Part shown: in pieces, positions 49,277 to 61,757 of the stretch
Position numbering within the stretch: position 1 is the first letter of the stretch
Layout of the letters: each line of letters starts with the position of its first letter
Origin: an uncultured Nitrososphaerales archaeon
Lineage (GTDB): Archaea > Thermoproteota > Nitrososphaeria > Nitrososphaerales > Nitrososphaeraceae
DNA length: 64,000 bases
Direction: 5' to 3'
Assembly: GCA_963695855.1 (NCBI GenBank)
Contig: CAVOHZ010000006.1
Location: 164,229-228,228, forward strand
The notes under the pieces: model-generated
Databases searched by the model: none
What the model was told of the DNA's origin: nothing
What the model saw: the letters and a program-made list of their open reading frames with translations, nothing else
Made by a program: the position numbers and the translations under genes

Positions 49277-50099
49277 TTGTTACTTTATATTGTCACTGTT
49301 ATCATAAAGAAGAAAGAATTTTGAATGAAAATAGATTATGTATAGAAAAAATAGAACAAAGTTGATTTTATTAACTAATTATCAAATACTATAAGGTTAC
49401 CATGAAAAATATCCATGTTACCATAATTTGTAAAATGTTGTTATTTTTGCAACTTTTTTAATAACCAAAGATTAATTATGTTAACAAAAATGTTATCATG
49501 GATCGCATTTTGTTAATAAATTAGATAAAGAATTTGTAACCCTTTATTTTTGAGCCTAAAACCTATCGAACGTTTGACATTAAAAGCGATGCACTAAGCG
49601 GGTTAAAATAAAAAAGTTTAGTCATATAAAATTTAAAATATTGAGCTCCAATCAGTTCCGATATAAATAAAATATAAATAAAATATGAATAAAATATAAT
49701 GAGAATTCTTACTGTTAAAATTGAATACTAAAGATAGATGGGATTTCAAAATTTTCCTATTTAATCCCAAACACCGGTTGTCTTGTCATTAATTCTTCTT
49801 CAAAATAACAATGTCTATAACAAAACGAGTTACATAAAACGGATTCAAGTGTATTTATTATTATTGATCTAAAGGAGATTACATAGGCTATTACACTAAC
49901 GCTATTACACTAACCAGATTCCAAATGAGTTTACAGTAATAAGAATCACGAAATAAGTTTTAAGAATTCTAGCACATAGAAAAATATGATTATTATACAT
50001 GATATATTTTCCAAATGAATCATTGAAAACATTATGAACTTCACAAAAAAAATATTTACAACTAATTTACATGAGAGGGTTTTGATGACTATTGTGTAT

Positions 50100-50203
50100 A
50101 TATCTGGATACAATTCTTTGTTTCGATGTATAATGATACTATAGCAAATAATAATAATGATTTTGAGTTAGAGGAGGTATTTTTATCTTAAATTAATATA
50201 GCC
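50100..50203 (+). mobile_element. IS6 right-end fragment
   Basis: CTGGATACAATTCTTTGTTTCGATGTATAATGATACTATAGCAAATAATAA matches the 8815 region; ends TTAATATAGCC. Confidence 0.8.
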
Positions 50204-50280
50204 GAAAAATAAAATGAATGTCATGATGGTTAACAGAATTTATTATAAAAATGTTTATTTAGTAGAAAAATATCTGAATT

Positions 50281-50658
50281 ATGATGAACAAAATAATTCT
50301 GACAAATACTATAGTAATTGTCATATTGATGACTGCAAGTATGACAATTCCACTAGTCTCTGCTCAGGCCCCTAAAATCATCGCTCCGGGTAGCGAGGCG
50401 GAGAAACTACAAGACATGTTGAAAGGTACAGACGTGCAAGATTTGTTCGCACCAGGAAATAGATTAATTAACATCATTTGCCCCTCTGACTCCGGTCCGA
50501 ACTTCGAGAACTGTCAAGTTTTTGAGGGAACAAAAGTAGCGGGACCTACAGGCCCAGGTCTGATGGCAGAAGGAGACACATTAGTTACTGGAATTTGCCC
50601 CTCTAGCTTCACTGATCCGAGTGAATGTCGACTATTCACAGGAATGCCCGTCCGCTAG
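50281..50658 (+). CDS. Small secreted protein with repeated ICP...C..F.G modules
   Basis: Signal peptide ending VSA-Q; ICPSDSGPNFENCQVFEG and ICPSSFTDPSECRLFTG. Confidence 0.75.
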   Translation: MMNKIILTNTIVIVILMTASMTIPLVSAQAPKIIAPGSEAEKLQDMLKGTDVQDLFAPGNRLINIICPSDSGPNFENCQVFEGTKVAGPTGPGLMAEGDTLVTGICPSSFTDPSECRLFTGMPVR

Positions 50659-51074
50659 CTTCACTGATCCGATTGAATGTCAAGTATTCACAGGAACGCC
50701 GCGTTACCCCGCGGTCATAGTAGTAGATTAAATATCGTTTCTCATAACTTCCATTTTTTTTAGTAAAATAATTATTAATATGTCACCTAAATTAGACAAA
50801 AAGTGAGGAGAAATTTTCATCATAACTGAAAACAAACTTTCATTAGGTTTATCATATAAGATTAGCCTGGTTACCAAAATATATGATTTCCGACCTTCAA
50901 GAATCCCTAACAAATACATTTAATTTCACACTACCACTTTATCTATATTATCATAGCAGAATTCACCAGTCGAGCTACGTCATCTGGTCCAATCATCAAT
51001 TCAACATTCATGGGAACACCACCTCTTTCAGGTAGTAATAGTAGATTTAATATTCAAACATTCATATTTCTTTA

Positions 51075-52606
51075 GGCTCTGTTCCGATAAGCAGCATCAG
51101 GTATAGCTGAGAATGTTCTAAATATACTATGAAAATTAAATTTGAAAGAAATAAAACATCATCTTTAATTGTAATGTATTCTCTTTATCATACTTTCTTG
51201 GTCCCAGTCTACGAAATACATACATCTAAAGCACTGGAACCTTTTAAGGACCAAAAAAGAAGTTATGTTGCTGTTAGGAAATGGATTCATCGATTTGATT
51301 CATGCCAGATCTATAACAACCCTAGAAGAATTTCTGCATTCATAATCGATGAGAGAATGATTCAGATTGGTAATCAACATTTCTGGTTATGGTTTTACAT
51401 TGAACCTGTTCATAAATCTATACTTGGAATCTACATTTCTGAAGAAAGAAACATGTTTGTAGCAGAGAATTTTATCCCATCTCTTGTGTCCAGATATGGT
51501 AGACATACAGTTTACACTGATGGTGGTACATGGTATCTACAAGCCTGTAACTTTTTACATTTGAAACATAGATTACATTCTCATTTAGAGAAAAGTCTGA
51601 TTGAAAAAGTCATGCAGTATTTCATAGATAGGACAGAATGTTTTGATAATTACTATCCATGTTTAGAGCCTATCCCAAAAATAGATAGGAATATAGCTCG
51701 TTGGTTTCCTATCATATCTGATAATGTTTGAGTAAGAGTAAAAAATATGTTAGAACCATTACACGTATTCCTGATGACCTTTGGTATGAAATAAAAAATA
51801 TTTTACCAGATGAGAAACCAGATAATACCATAGGTAGACCAATTGTTCCTTATAGAAAAGTACTTGATGGTATCCTGTTTGTCTTGAGGATCGGATGTCA
51901 ATGGAAAATGTTACCCAAGGAATATGGTTCTGGTTCAACGTGCCACAGAAGATTTCAGGAATGGAGACAATCAGGATTATTTGACAAATTATGGACGAGA
52001 TTACTAAAAATATACGATAACACGAGAGGAATAAAATGGAACTGGCAATCACTTGACAGCATATCAGTAAAATCTCCTTTAGGGGGCGATGACTGGTCAT
52101 AATCCTACAGATAGGAGTAAATTAGGAAGCAAAAGACATATTCTAACAGATAAAGATGGTATTCCTCTTTCTACTTTTATAACATCAGCCAATACTCACG
52201 ATGTTACCGTTGCAACAAATACAATTGATAATATTGTTATCAAAAGACCATCGTCATCATCATCGATAACAAAATACAGAAACAACAACAATAACAAGAA
52301 GAAGAAGAAAAAGCAGAATCTATGCCTTGATAAAGCATATCATTCCAAAGAAGTAGAACAAGAAATGGTCAAAAGGGGATACATCCCACATATACGACAC
52401 AGAAGAGAAGAAAAGAAACTCAACAAGAAACATCCTACAAGAAGATGGGTTGTAGAGAGAACAAATTCATGGCATAACAGATTTAGGAAATTATTTACAA
52501 GGTATGAAAAGAAGGATGAGAACTATCTGGGTCTTGTACAGTTAGCAAATAGTATAATTGTTTACAGGAGGATAATTTTGGGATAGGCTCTTAACTTAAC
52601 AGCACC
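51075..52606 (+). mobile_element. Degenerate IS6 carrying a nested IS5
   Basis: Left end GGCTCTGTT, transposase 51129-51665 (IIDE, YTDGG, YYPC), right end TTAACTTAACAGCACC directly after the IS5. Confidence 0.85.
51666..52590 (+). mobile_element. IS5-family (IS427-like) element, two ORFs
   Basis: TIRs GAGCCTATCCCAAAA / TTTTGGGATAGGCTC, TTA flanks; ORFs 51728-52102 and 52089-52586 overlap at TTTAGGGGG (likely programmed frameshift). Confidence 0.95.
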
Positions 52607-52748
52607 CTACAATCCTTGTAATTCAACATCTAATATGACCAACTACTATATTCTTTATCCATACTCTAATTATCAGGTATTAGTTGTTCCAGATGTATAT
52701 TTCACAATAATTCTTTTATCAGGAAAAATAGTATATATTATTATAATT

Positions 52749-53528
52749 ATGTTTAAAATCAATAAATTTAGCAGAAATACCTTTGGTTTTCCTTATACAA
52801 AAGATTCTTTTATATTATATAAAAATGTAGCAAGACAATACAAAGACAAAAAAGTTCTTGCTTATGTTAATCATCTTATTCCATCAAAAATTAAACAAGA
52901 GATAATAACAATAAGCAAAGAAAATAATAATAACATACAAATTTTAAAACCACTTCTTGATTGGTTTAAGCAAGATTATATGAAATGGATGAATAGTAGC
53001 GACATCAGCAAAAACATCAAATGCCAAAATTGCAACATACCTTTGCATTTTAGCATAATCAAAGGTAATTCTTGGAAGCTAAGAATGAGTGAAGTTTATG
53101 AATGTCTGAAATGTAATTCAAAAATAGTATTTCCAAGATATGGCGAAATAAAAAGAATAGCAGATAACAGAATAGGTAGATGCAGTGAATGGTCAATGCT
53201 ATTTGGGGCAATTTTAAATTCACAATTTGTGGAAACAAGAATTGTACAAGATTATCTAGATCATTGTTGGAATGAAGCATTGATTGATGGCAAATGGATA
53301 CATATTGATTCTACGTTAGCCTATCCTATCTCTTTAAACCATCCTCATTACTATGAGAAAAATTGGTCAAAGAAATACAAGTACATTTTGGCTTTTTCCT
53401 ATAATTCTGTAGATGATGTTACTTGTGCTTATACCAATGAATGGCAAGATGTACTAAAAAGAAGGAAACAAGATAATAAGAAGGAAATTATTATGGAATC
53501 TTTTAAGATTTTTTATAGAGAAATTTAA
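52749..53528 (+). CDS. Peptide:N-glycanase (Png1/NGLY1)-like transglutaminase-fold protein
   Basis: LLDWFKQDYMKW, CQNC, EVYECLKC..FPRY, RIGRCSEW, DHCWNE, WIHID, PHYYEKNWSKKYKYILAF...DVT..Y. Confidence 0.88.
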   Translation: MFKINKFSRNTFGFPYTKDSFILYKNVARQYKDKKVLAYVNHLIPSKIKQEIITISKENNNNIQILKPLLDWFKQDYMKWMNSSDISKNIKCQNCNIPLHFSIIKGNSWKLRMSEVYECLKCNSKIVFPRYGEIKRIADNRIGRCSEWSMLFGAILNSQFVETRIVQDYLDHCWNEALIDGKWIHIDSTLAYPISLNHPHYYEKNWSKKYKYILAFSYNSVDDVTCAYTNEWQDVLKRRKQDNKKEIIMESFKIFYREI

Positions 53529-53990
53529 ATGTTGGATATTGATTTTAAATTGTTCCAATCGATCTATGTGTAACAGTAAATGTGGGTATGTTACCTTAAT
53601 ATATTTATGATGGAATACTTTTAAAAACAACCAACGCATTTAAAGATAAAATTGAAATTTGATAAAATTTATGAAAAACAAATTATTATCCTTCTAAATC
53701 TTTTATATAGATCAAAGTAAATTATTGACTAATGAAATGTAAAGAATTCTAAATTTTATTATTTATAAAATGATATTATTGCAGTTGATTTTTATTTACT
53801 TGAATTTAATGATATGTATTTTTTTGTTTGGCTTTTAAATTTTAAAAGTTGTTTCGTAAATTCTTTATTTTCACCATATACTTTTGTTAGATCATTTAAT
53901 ATCTTAACATTGATTTTAAATTTATTATATTATTTTTTATGTTGTTTCTACAAACTATCGAAATTTATTGTCAAGATACAGAATATTACT

Positions 53991-56414
53991 TTATTCCATT
54001 GATTTTTGTCTTTGCAGTTTATTGTTTCTTTTTATTTCTTTTTTCTTATTATTATTGTTGTCGTTGTTATTTTTTGATTTTATTTTGAATTTATTAGATT
54101 TCAGAGTCTTTTCAGGACTTTTTACAATGTAGATTAAAGGTAAATAAATAAAGTTATATATTAAAAGTATTCTAAATTTCTTTTGTATTTGTAATTGTAT
54201 ATTTAAAATAAAAAAGTAAAAATAAATGGTCATAGCTAATGAGAAAAGAAAAACCTGTAAATTAGTTTTAACCAATGTCAGTTTCTCTATATAAGATTTC
54301 TTTAACAATACTTTTGTATCTAACCCTTTCAAAGTATCTCTTACTGTTTTATATTTGTCTAGATCTTTTGAAAGAGCTTCAAGATAAGTTATCATATCAA
54401 AAGGCATATTGTTACATAAATCTGTTTTAAATATTTTTAAAGTCATTAGAATATCATTTTCATTTAATCCTGCATTAACCAAGTTTTGTAAAATAGAAAA
54501 TACAATGGGTTGAGATTCTTCTATTACCTTTCGTTTTGAAGATATTTCACTGTCCAGTATAGAAAGCTTATCTGTCTTTTCTAAGATATCTTGTTCAAGA
54601 GTTAAAAGAGTATACAAATGATCCATATATCTAAAGAATCGGATTTTGATTTGCTTTTTATTCAAACCAAATTTTTTAGAGACGTCTGAAAATGTTTTCT
54701 CTAGGTATTTAATATTAGAAGCATTAAACCCAAGGTTTTCCAACCTTTTCAAGGATTGAACTATAGGTTCATTTGATGTTATCTTGATTTCATAATTGTC
54801 ACTTATTGCATTTAAATCTTGGATATGTAATTCAAGTTCCTTTATTCCTCTCTCTTTATTTTCAACTAGATCTCTGTAATCATTTATATCTGAAAATTCA
54901 CTGAAGATTGTAAGAGGTTGGAAGTTCATCTCTTGAAAAATTTTTATAACATGTATTAAAGGCTCTAAAATTTGAATATCTATACCATTTTTCTTTAGTT
55001 CATCTTTTACATTTTTGAATAACAAAAAATCTTTTTTCTCATTTTGTATCTCTTTTCTAATAGAATCAAAATCATCTTTTAAATCTTGGATCTCTTTTCT
55101 CTTCCTTTCTTTTTCATGATCCAATTTTTGGATTTCGATTTTTCTGTAATATATATCTCTATCTAGTTTAATCCTTTCTTGCCTTCTTTTATTGATATAT
55201 GTTGGTAGATCATTTAATGAGGAGATATCGGGATAGTCATTTATCACTTTAGCCAGTCTTGCAATATCAGCAGGTAGTAATCTTTGCTCTTTACTTTCAT
55301 TATATAGTTTAGATCTCTTGCGAAATTAGAACTCATCAACATTCTACTCTTTATTAAATATATTATAAAATATCAAACTACAACACTATTCATTATCCTG
55401 TAATTCACAAGACCAGATACAATATCAGATACTGTATTATATCGCTTTAGTTTGTTCCTGTATCTCGTACCCATTATACCAAATTTCTTTATCCTGCAGA
55501 TAGTATGCTCTATTATGACTCGCTGTCTGGAATGATCTTTGTTATATCCTTTTTCTTCCTCCGTTAATTCAGTATTTCTTTTCTTCTTTACTGGTAGACT
55601 ATACTTTACAGTAGGAAAATCTTTTTCACATCCTAAATATCCTAAATCAAGTATATTTTCTACCTGTGATGGTGTTACAGGATTTTCTTTTTTGTAGACA
55701 TCGTAATCATGTCTCCTTCCTTTTTTGTATCCTGTCTTATGCAGAATCAAACCATGGCCATTTACCATATACTGAGTTTTGACTGTATGTCTTTTCTTCT
55801 TACCAGAAAAGAATTCTTTTTTTCTCTTTTTCTTCTTTGGTCTAGGTATCTCCTGTTCTGATGAATCTATAAATGCTTTGAATCCTGGAAAGTATAGTTC
55901 TACTTCTTGGACAGTTCGTAAGCGTCTTGTAACATTGTATAGTTTTTGGGGTAGTGGAATACAACTTTTTACTATTGGTTCCATGTAACGTATATCTCTA
56001 TGTACATTGCTTTGATCCAGATCAAATAGAAATCCAGAAAGCGAATTTGTTATGTATAGTTTGTAGTATACTAAAAGCATTAGAAATCTATCTTTTACTG
56101 TATGTTTGAAATGTCTTCCAGCTCCTATACCACGAGTTCTATCCTTCTTTCTTTTTGATAGACGTTTTATCTCATATTTTGGATATTTTGATTCTACTTG
56201 CTTACAAATGGAATCAAATTCAGATAATTCTAATCCCGTGAATGATCTAAATAATAATGGTTTTCTGGATAGTTTACCATAGTTTAACAATTATTAGAAA
56301 TTATCATGTAAATGTGGAATATAGCTGTAAGCTTTCTAATTATGCAAAGGATCTTTTGTTTAAAAAATAGTTGAGGTGGTCCTCATCAATATATAGTTGA
56401 TTGAGTATGTTAGT
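53991..56414 (-). pseudogene. Long coiled-coil protein with C-terminal TM segments, split by IS5 and 5'-truncated by IS481
   Basis: Excising 55311-56354 and one TSD restores TNILNQLYIDEDHLNYFLNK-LYNESKEQRLLPADIARLAKVINDY. Confidence 0.8.
55311..56354 (-). mobile_element. IS5-group (ISL2-like, DDE_Tnp_4) element
   Basis: TIRs AGATCTCTTGCGAAATTAGA / TCTAATTATGCAAAGGATCT, TSD TTT, intact ORF 55373-56290 (FIDSSE, DLGYLG, RVIIEH). Confidence 0.93.
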
Positions 56415-58195
56415 TGTTGTACTTACCAACATAGGTTACAATTTCATTTACCGAGATAGGTAACACTTCCTAATATGCTAGGAAGTGTATAAAAAATAGA
56501 ATTACAAACAAAATTTAATTTAATTCATGAGAAAGAGTCGACTGGAGATACTGTAACTAATATCTGTAATAGATATCATACATCTAGAAAGTCATACTAC
56601 AAATGGAAGAACAGGTACCTTGAGAATGGAATAGACGGTTTACGGGATAAAAGTAGGAAACCATATAATATACAACCTGGAAAAGTAACAAATGAGATAG
56701 AACAGGAAATATTGGATTTACGTGTAACAAAAAGATTTGGTTGCAATCGCATAAGGTTCAGGTTAAGACGACTGAATGATATCTCCTTCAGGTACAAAAA
56801 CCATCTACAAGATACTGAAAAGACATGGACTGAACGGCTGTGTTAACTTAAGACTGTTTCACCTCCAATTTTGAATACAATATTGTTTCTGATTTTTGCG
56901 TTATACAGATAAACAAATAATTTGATCCAATTGTATACATGCTATAGATCACAATTATTCTTACTCTTAACAAAACATGGATAGTAATCATCAAAACATT
57001 CTGTTCTATCCTTGAAATACTGCATTACTCTTTCGATAAGGCTCTTCTCTAAAGGTGAATGCAACCTATGTTTCAGATTTAAAAAGTTGCATGCTTGTGG
57101 ATACCATGTACCTCCATCTGTATACACAGTATGTCTTCCATACCTTGATACAAGAGATCTAATGAAATTTTCTGCTACAAACATGTTTCTCTCTTCTGAA
57201 ATGTAGATTCCAAGCACAGATTTGTCAATTGGTTCAATACAGATCCACAACCAAAAATGTTGATTACCAATCTGAATTATAGTTTCATCTATGATGAACG
57301 CTGATACTCTTTTTCTCTTGTAAATCTGCAATGAACCAAACCGTTGAATCCAATCCCATACAGCAACATGACTTCTTTTTTGATCCTTAAAAGGTTCCAA
57401 TGCTTTGGATGTACTTCGTAGACTGAGACCAAGAAAGTACAAATACAAAGAATACATTGCAATGATAATGGATGTCCTGTTTCTGACAAATCTTAACAAC
57501 ATATGTTGTTAGAATAGAACCTTCACAGCTATAGCTCTTTCCTTAAGTTAACAGGACCGACTGAACATACTAAGATGCAAGATCAGAAATAGAAAATGGA
57601 AAAGATTTGCAATGAAAAAACCAAATCAAATGGTACAGATGGATATACTGGGACCATTTTACCTTGAGAATTCTACTCAAAAAAACTATTTTATCAGTTG
57701 TGAAGATGACTGTTCAAGAAAGGTAACAAGTGACTGGTCTGAAAGAAAACGAAGTGTAGATGTACTACAGGTACTGGAAGACTACATAGTAGAGAATGGT
57801 AAACCTCACAAAATAATGCATGATAATGGTAAACAGCTTACATCCAAAATATTCAGACGTTTTCTACAACGTAACAACATTAAAGATAAATCCATACCTG
57901 CCAGATATCCGCAACTACAGGGTAAAATTGAAGCATATAACAAGATAGTCAAAAATGAATTTTTGGGAATAGAAAATATTTCCAACAGAGAAGAAGGAAA
58001 GAGAATGTATTCCATGTTTGTCAAAGCATACAATGAAACAAGAGAACATGGGGGAATCAATGGTCACACGCCATGTGAAATGTTTCCCATGAAAGGAAGA
58101 TTAAATAGTTGTAAGAATATCAAAACAAATAAGCAGATAAAAAGTGTTACCCATGTTGGTAAGTGAATTTGTTACCTATCTGTGTAAGTACAACA
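56415..58195 (+). mobile_element. IS481 copy 3, interrupted by IS6
   Basis: Near-identical to copy 1; +1 G near 56791; flanks GTTAGT and CCTAAA do not match. Confidence 0.93.
56836..57558 (-). mobile_element. IS6-family element nested in IS481
   Basis: TIRs GGCTGTGTTAACTTAAG / CTTAAGTTAACAGGACC, 8-bp TSD GACTGAAC, transposase 56942-57502. Confidence 0.95.
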
Positions 58196-58856
58196 CCTAA
58201 ATAACGGATCTATCGTATTTGCTTGTAAATTAGATTCTCTAATATATGCAATCGCAATCGCAATTTCAAATAACAAAAACATAATGGCAGTTGGAGATTC
58301 TAATAGCGGTGTTTATGCGATGAATATAAACCTATTTAATTTTCTATTTTCTATTTCTGTATATTTTGAAAATTTAGCTTTTGTAAATATTCATCATATG
58401 TCGATAAACTATTCTTTTCTTTTTTTAAAATAAGTATCCACAAAATAGTAACCCTGAGAAAGAAAATTTTGTCTAGAATTTCACTAAAAACGAATTTAAT
58501 CCTATGTTATTTTTTCTAATATTATGGGTATTTGAAATTTTTAATTGAGATATTACAGGATTGAAAGATATTATAATAAGTGAATAAAAAGGGAAACGAA
58601 TAAGATGGAATGAATTTCATTCGTATGCAGACAGAAATGATATACATCCTTTTAGTAATTTTATACCCTTTTGATGTTATTTTATAATAAGTTCTATTAT
58701 CTGGAACTATCTCTTCTATATATAGAGCCTTTGAATTAGGAGACCTCCATTTCGATCTTAATTACAAAAGAATTAGTAATACGAAGTTTTCCAAATCTTT
58801 TTTATTGTTTTTAAAAATTACAAATATTTTTATAATTACTGAAATTAATTATATAT

Positions 58857-59246
58857 CTATTTATCATTTTGAAAAGCTGAAATAAAACTTAGCCATCCTG
58901 CAAGTAATCTCTTGCCTTTTGGAGTTATACTATACATTGTCATTCTAATTGGCTTGCGATCTCCTTTGATATTTGGAACATCTTTTCCTTCTACGTATCC
59001 AAGTTTCCTCAATCTTTTTTCGAGAGTATCTTTAATAGTGCCTGAGACTTTGAAAATCTTACCATTAGATTTAGAAGAAATCATTTGAGATATCCGTGTA
59101 GAACTTTGAGGTTGATTTGATTCGTCTAACGCCATTAATACTATAAAACTATTTGACAATTCAGCTGCTTGTATAAAGTCATAATATTTTGCAATTTGTA
59201 ACCATTTGTCTTTTTTGCTATTCTCATATTCTTTGTTCTTATCCAA
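58857..59246 (-). CDS. Winged-helix (PadR-like) DNA-binding protein
   Basis: RLRKLGYVEG...MYSITPKGKRLL. Confidence 0.75.
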   Translation of the reverse strand: MDKNKEYENSKKDKWLQIAKYYDFIQAAELSNSFIVLMALDESNQPQSSTRISQMISSKSNGKIFKVSGTIKDTLEKRLRKLGYVEGKDVPNIKGDRKPIRMTMYSITPKGKRLLAGWLSFISAFQNDK

Positions 59247-59322
59247 AGTCTAACAAAGTATGGTAAAGAAGCTGCTACTATAATTTACTATCATTTTTTT
59301 GAAATGTTTACCTATTAAAATA

Positions 59323-61491
59323 TTATACAAGATAAAAGTTTGTAACCCCAAAATTTTGCCATCCTGAAATATACTTTGCAGAAAGTTTTTCAGGATCATT
59401 TAAAACATAATGTCTTGCACTAACAGATTTAAATCGTCCAGCTAAAACTTCAGCTTCATCAACTTCAAATGCATTCTTAAATCGAAGTACATTAGATCGT
59501 TTGCGTAATTAGATAAAATCTATTATATATCTTGATGATGCCTTATATTGCTATCATCTTCTGTTGTGTATTATTCGATAATTTACTAAACCAGAAACAA
59601 TATCTGACATTGTATCGTATCTTTTCAATCTGTTTCTGTATTTGTTTCCCATAATACTAAATTTCTTTATTCTACATATAGTATGTTCTACTATTACTCT
59701 CTGTCTACGATGTCTTTTGTTGTACATTTTCTCTTTTTCTGTAAGGTCAATATTACGTTTCTTCTTTACAGGTAATACTGCTTTGATATCTGGAAAATCT
59801 TTTTCTACTCCAATATAACCAAGATCAAAATAGTTTTTTACATCTTTTGGTGTTGTCGGATGAACATCTTTGTATACTGTATAGTCATGCTCTCTTCCTT
59901 CTTCATGGTTTGATTTATGTAATATTTCTCCTTTTTTGTTTACCATATACTGTGTCTTTACAGTATGTTTTTTCTTTTTTCCAGAATAGTACTCTTTTCT
60001 TCTTGTTTTGTCTGTAGGTACTGGAATTTCCTGTTCTGTTGAATCTATAAATGCTTTAAATCCTGGAAAATACAGTTCTACTTCATCTACTGTTCTTAAT
60101 CTTCTTGTTACGTTGTATATTTTTTGAGGTAGTGGAATACAACTTTTTACTATAGGTTCCATATATCTTACATCTCTATGTACATTGCTCTGATCCAGAT
60201 CAAACAAAAATCCTGTTAATGCATTGGTTATGTATAGTTTATAGTACACAAGAAGCATAACAAATCTATCTCTTGTTGTATGTTTGAAATGTCTTCCAGC
60301 TCCTAAATTTCTTTTTCTCTTTCTTTTTGATAGACGTTTTATCTCATATTTTGGATATTTTGATTCTACTTGCTTACAAATAGAATCAAACTCAGATAAT
60401 TCCAATCCTGTAAAGGATCTAAACAATAACGGTTTTTTAGATAAACTATCATAATTGAGCAAATTTATGAGAAATTAGTATAGAAATGAGGAATATAGCT
60501 GTAAGCTTTCTAATTATGCAATAGATCTATTGTAGTGAATTTTTCTTAATACTATATATGCAATACCTGTTTCTCTTTTAAGAATTTTATGAGCAGCCTG
60601 TATATCATAATAGTCAAACCTTTCCAAGCTTCTTAGTTTCTCCCAGTATCGTGTAGGAAGTATTGTTGCTAATGCTTTTTTCTGACCTCTGGTCCAATTT
60701 ATCGCAATTACAGTGAGACCATTCTTACAGGAAGCAACATGCAATTTATCGCATTGACATCCAAAGGATTGTATACAAATTTCTCTTTGTTTTATGTAAG
60801 AGATTTCTGATTCACGTAAACCTGAAAATAATCCAATTCTACAAGTAAAGCCAATATCTCCAGTAATTTTCATTATTTTTGAAATTTTTTCTTCAATAAA
60901 TTGAGGACTGACAAGATATATACGATCCTTTTGATCTAAATCTCTATTAAGATCGTATCTTTTAATAATCCTTGCAATTAAATTCTTGACCTCATTGTTT
61001 CCATATCTGTATGCATAATAATCTCCAAATCTTTTGATTGCTTGAAGAATCCATGATCGTTTATGTTTCGCTAATTTAAATAAATCTACGTCTACTGTGG
61101 GACAAAAAAAGATATCTACGTATCTAATATAATAACTATGATAGCATTTTGCTGTATGTGGATGGTATCTTCCCAATAACCAATTAAGTAAATCTTGTTC
61201 GTCTACTTGCTTCCAAAAGTCAAACCTTTGGCCAACTTGTAATAATGCCAAACTTGTTGTTTGGTATTGTATATTCATTACTTGCACTTGCTCGTCATCT
61301 GATAATCTTCGAAGTTTACCTTCAATTAATAAATTACATAAATCCTTGAATGTTTTGCAGTGCAAATTATCGAGTTGGCGATTAAAAAGATCCACTTCAT
61401 TTTTCTTTATACTAGCACCAACGCTTATCCAATTTTTCTTTACCTCTTTATTGCTTTTTAATTCTGTTTTAACCGAAAGCACTATATTCAT
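59323..61491 (-). pseudogene. Tyrosine recombinase/integrase split by an IS
   Basis: SGLRESE, GQKKA, LRKIHYN | VLRF...LAGR...ARHY; the C-terminal 59323-59493 is in frame after IS removal; likely start at 61491. Confidence 0.88.
59494..60528 (-). mobile_element. IS5-group (ISL2-like) element
   Basis: TIRs AGATCGTTTGCGTAATTAGA / TCTAATTATGCAATAGATCT, TSD ATT, intact ORF 59554-60462. Confidence 0.93.
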
Positions 61492-61537
61492 TTGGTAAAA
61501 CCAAATCATAAACATTATGAAAACCCAATCCATAATT

Positions 61538-61690
61538 CTTAAGAACCTAAATAATATATTAAGAAAAAATAGCAATAATTAAGAAAAATCACCGCGATTG
61601 TATTGGCGCACTAATATTATCTTAAGAAAAATCGTAAGAATGTACAAAATAAATGTATATAAAAAGATTATAAATTCTTAAGAAAAATAT
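61538..61690. repeat. TTAAGAAAAA direct repeats between the integrase and the att site
   Basis: Copies near 61559, 61579, 61622 and 61678, partial at 61539. Confidence 0.65.
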
Positions 61691-61736
61691 AATAATAATC
61701 GGGATTTGAATGCGAAACCTTTCGATTGAAGTGCGA

Positions 61737-61757
61737 TGGACTGGGCGGGATTTGAAC
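61737..61757 (-). other. tRNA-Ala 3'-end fragment (att core)
   Basis: Minus strand GTTCAAATCCCGCCCAGTCCA: T-loop plus acceptor strand CCAGTCC-A with U70, the Ala identity element if paired with GGGCTGG. Confidence 0.8.

Noticed and set aside
52250-52315. Poly-Ser/Asn/Lys run in the IS5 transposase
   Set aside because: Trinucleotide slippage in a variable loop; no evidence of function
61492-61575. Hydrophobic N-terminal extension of the integrase
   Set aside because: AT-rich repeat-containing upstream DNA; Met at 61491 is the more plausible start
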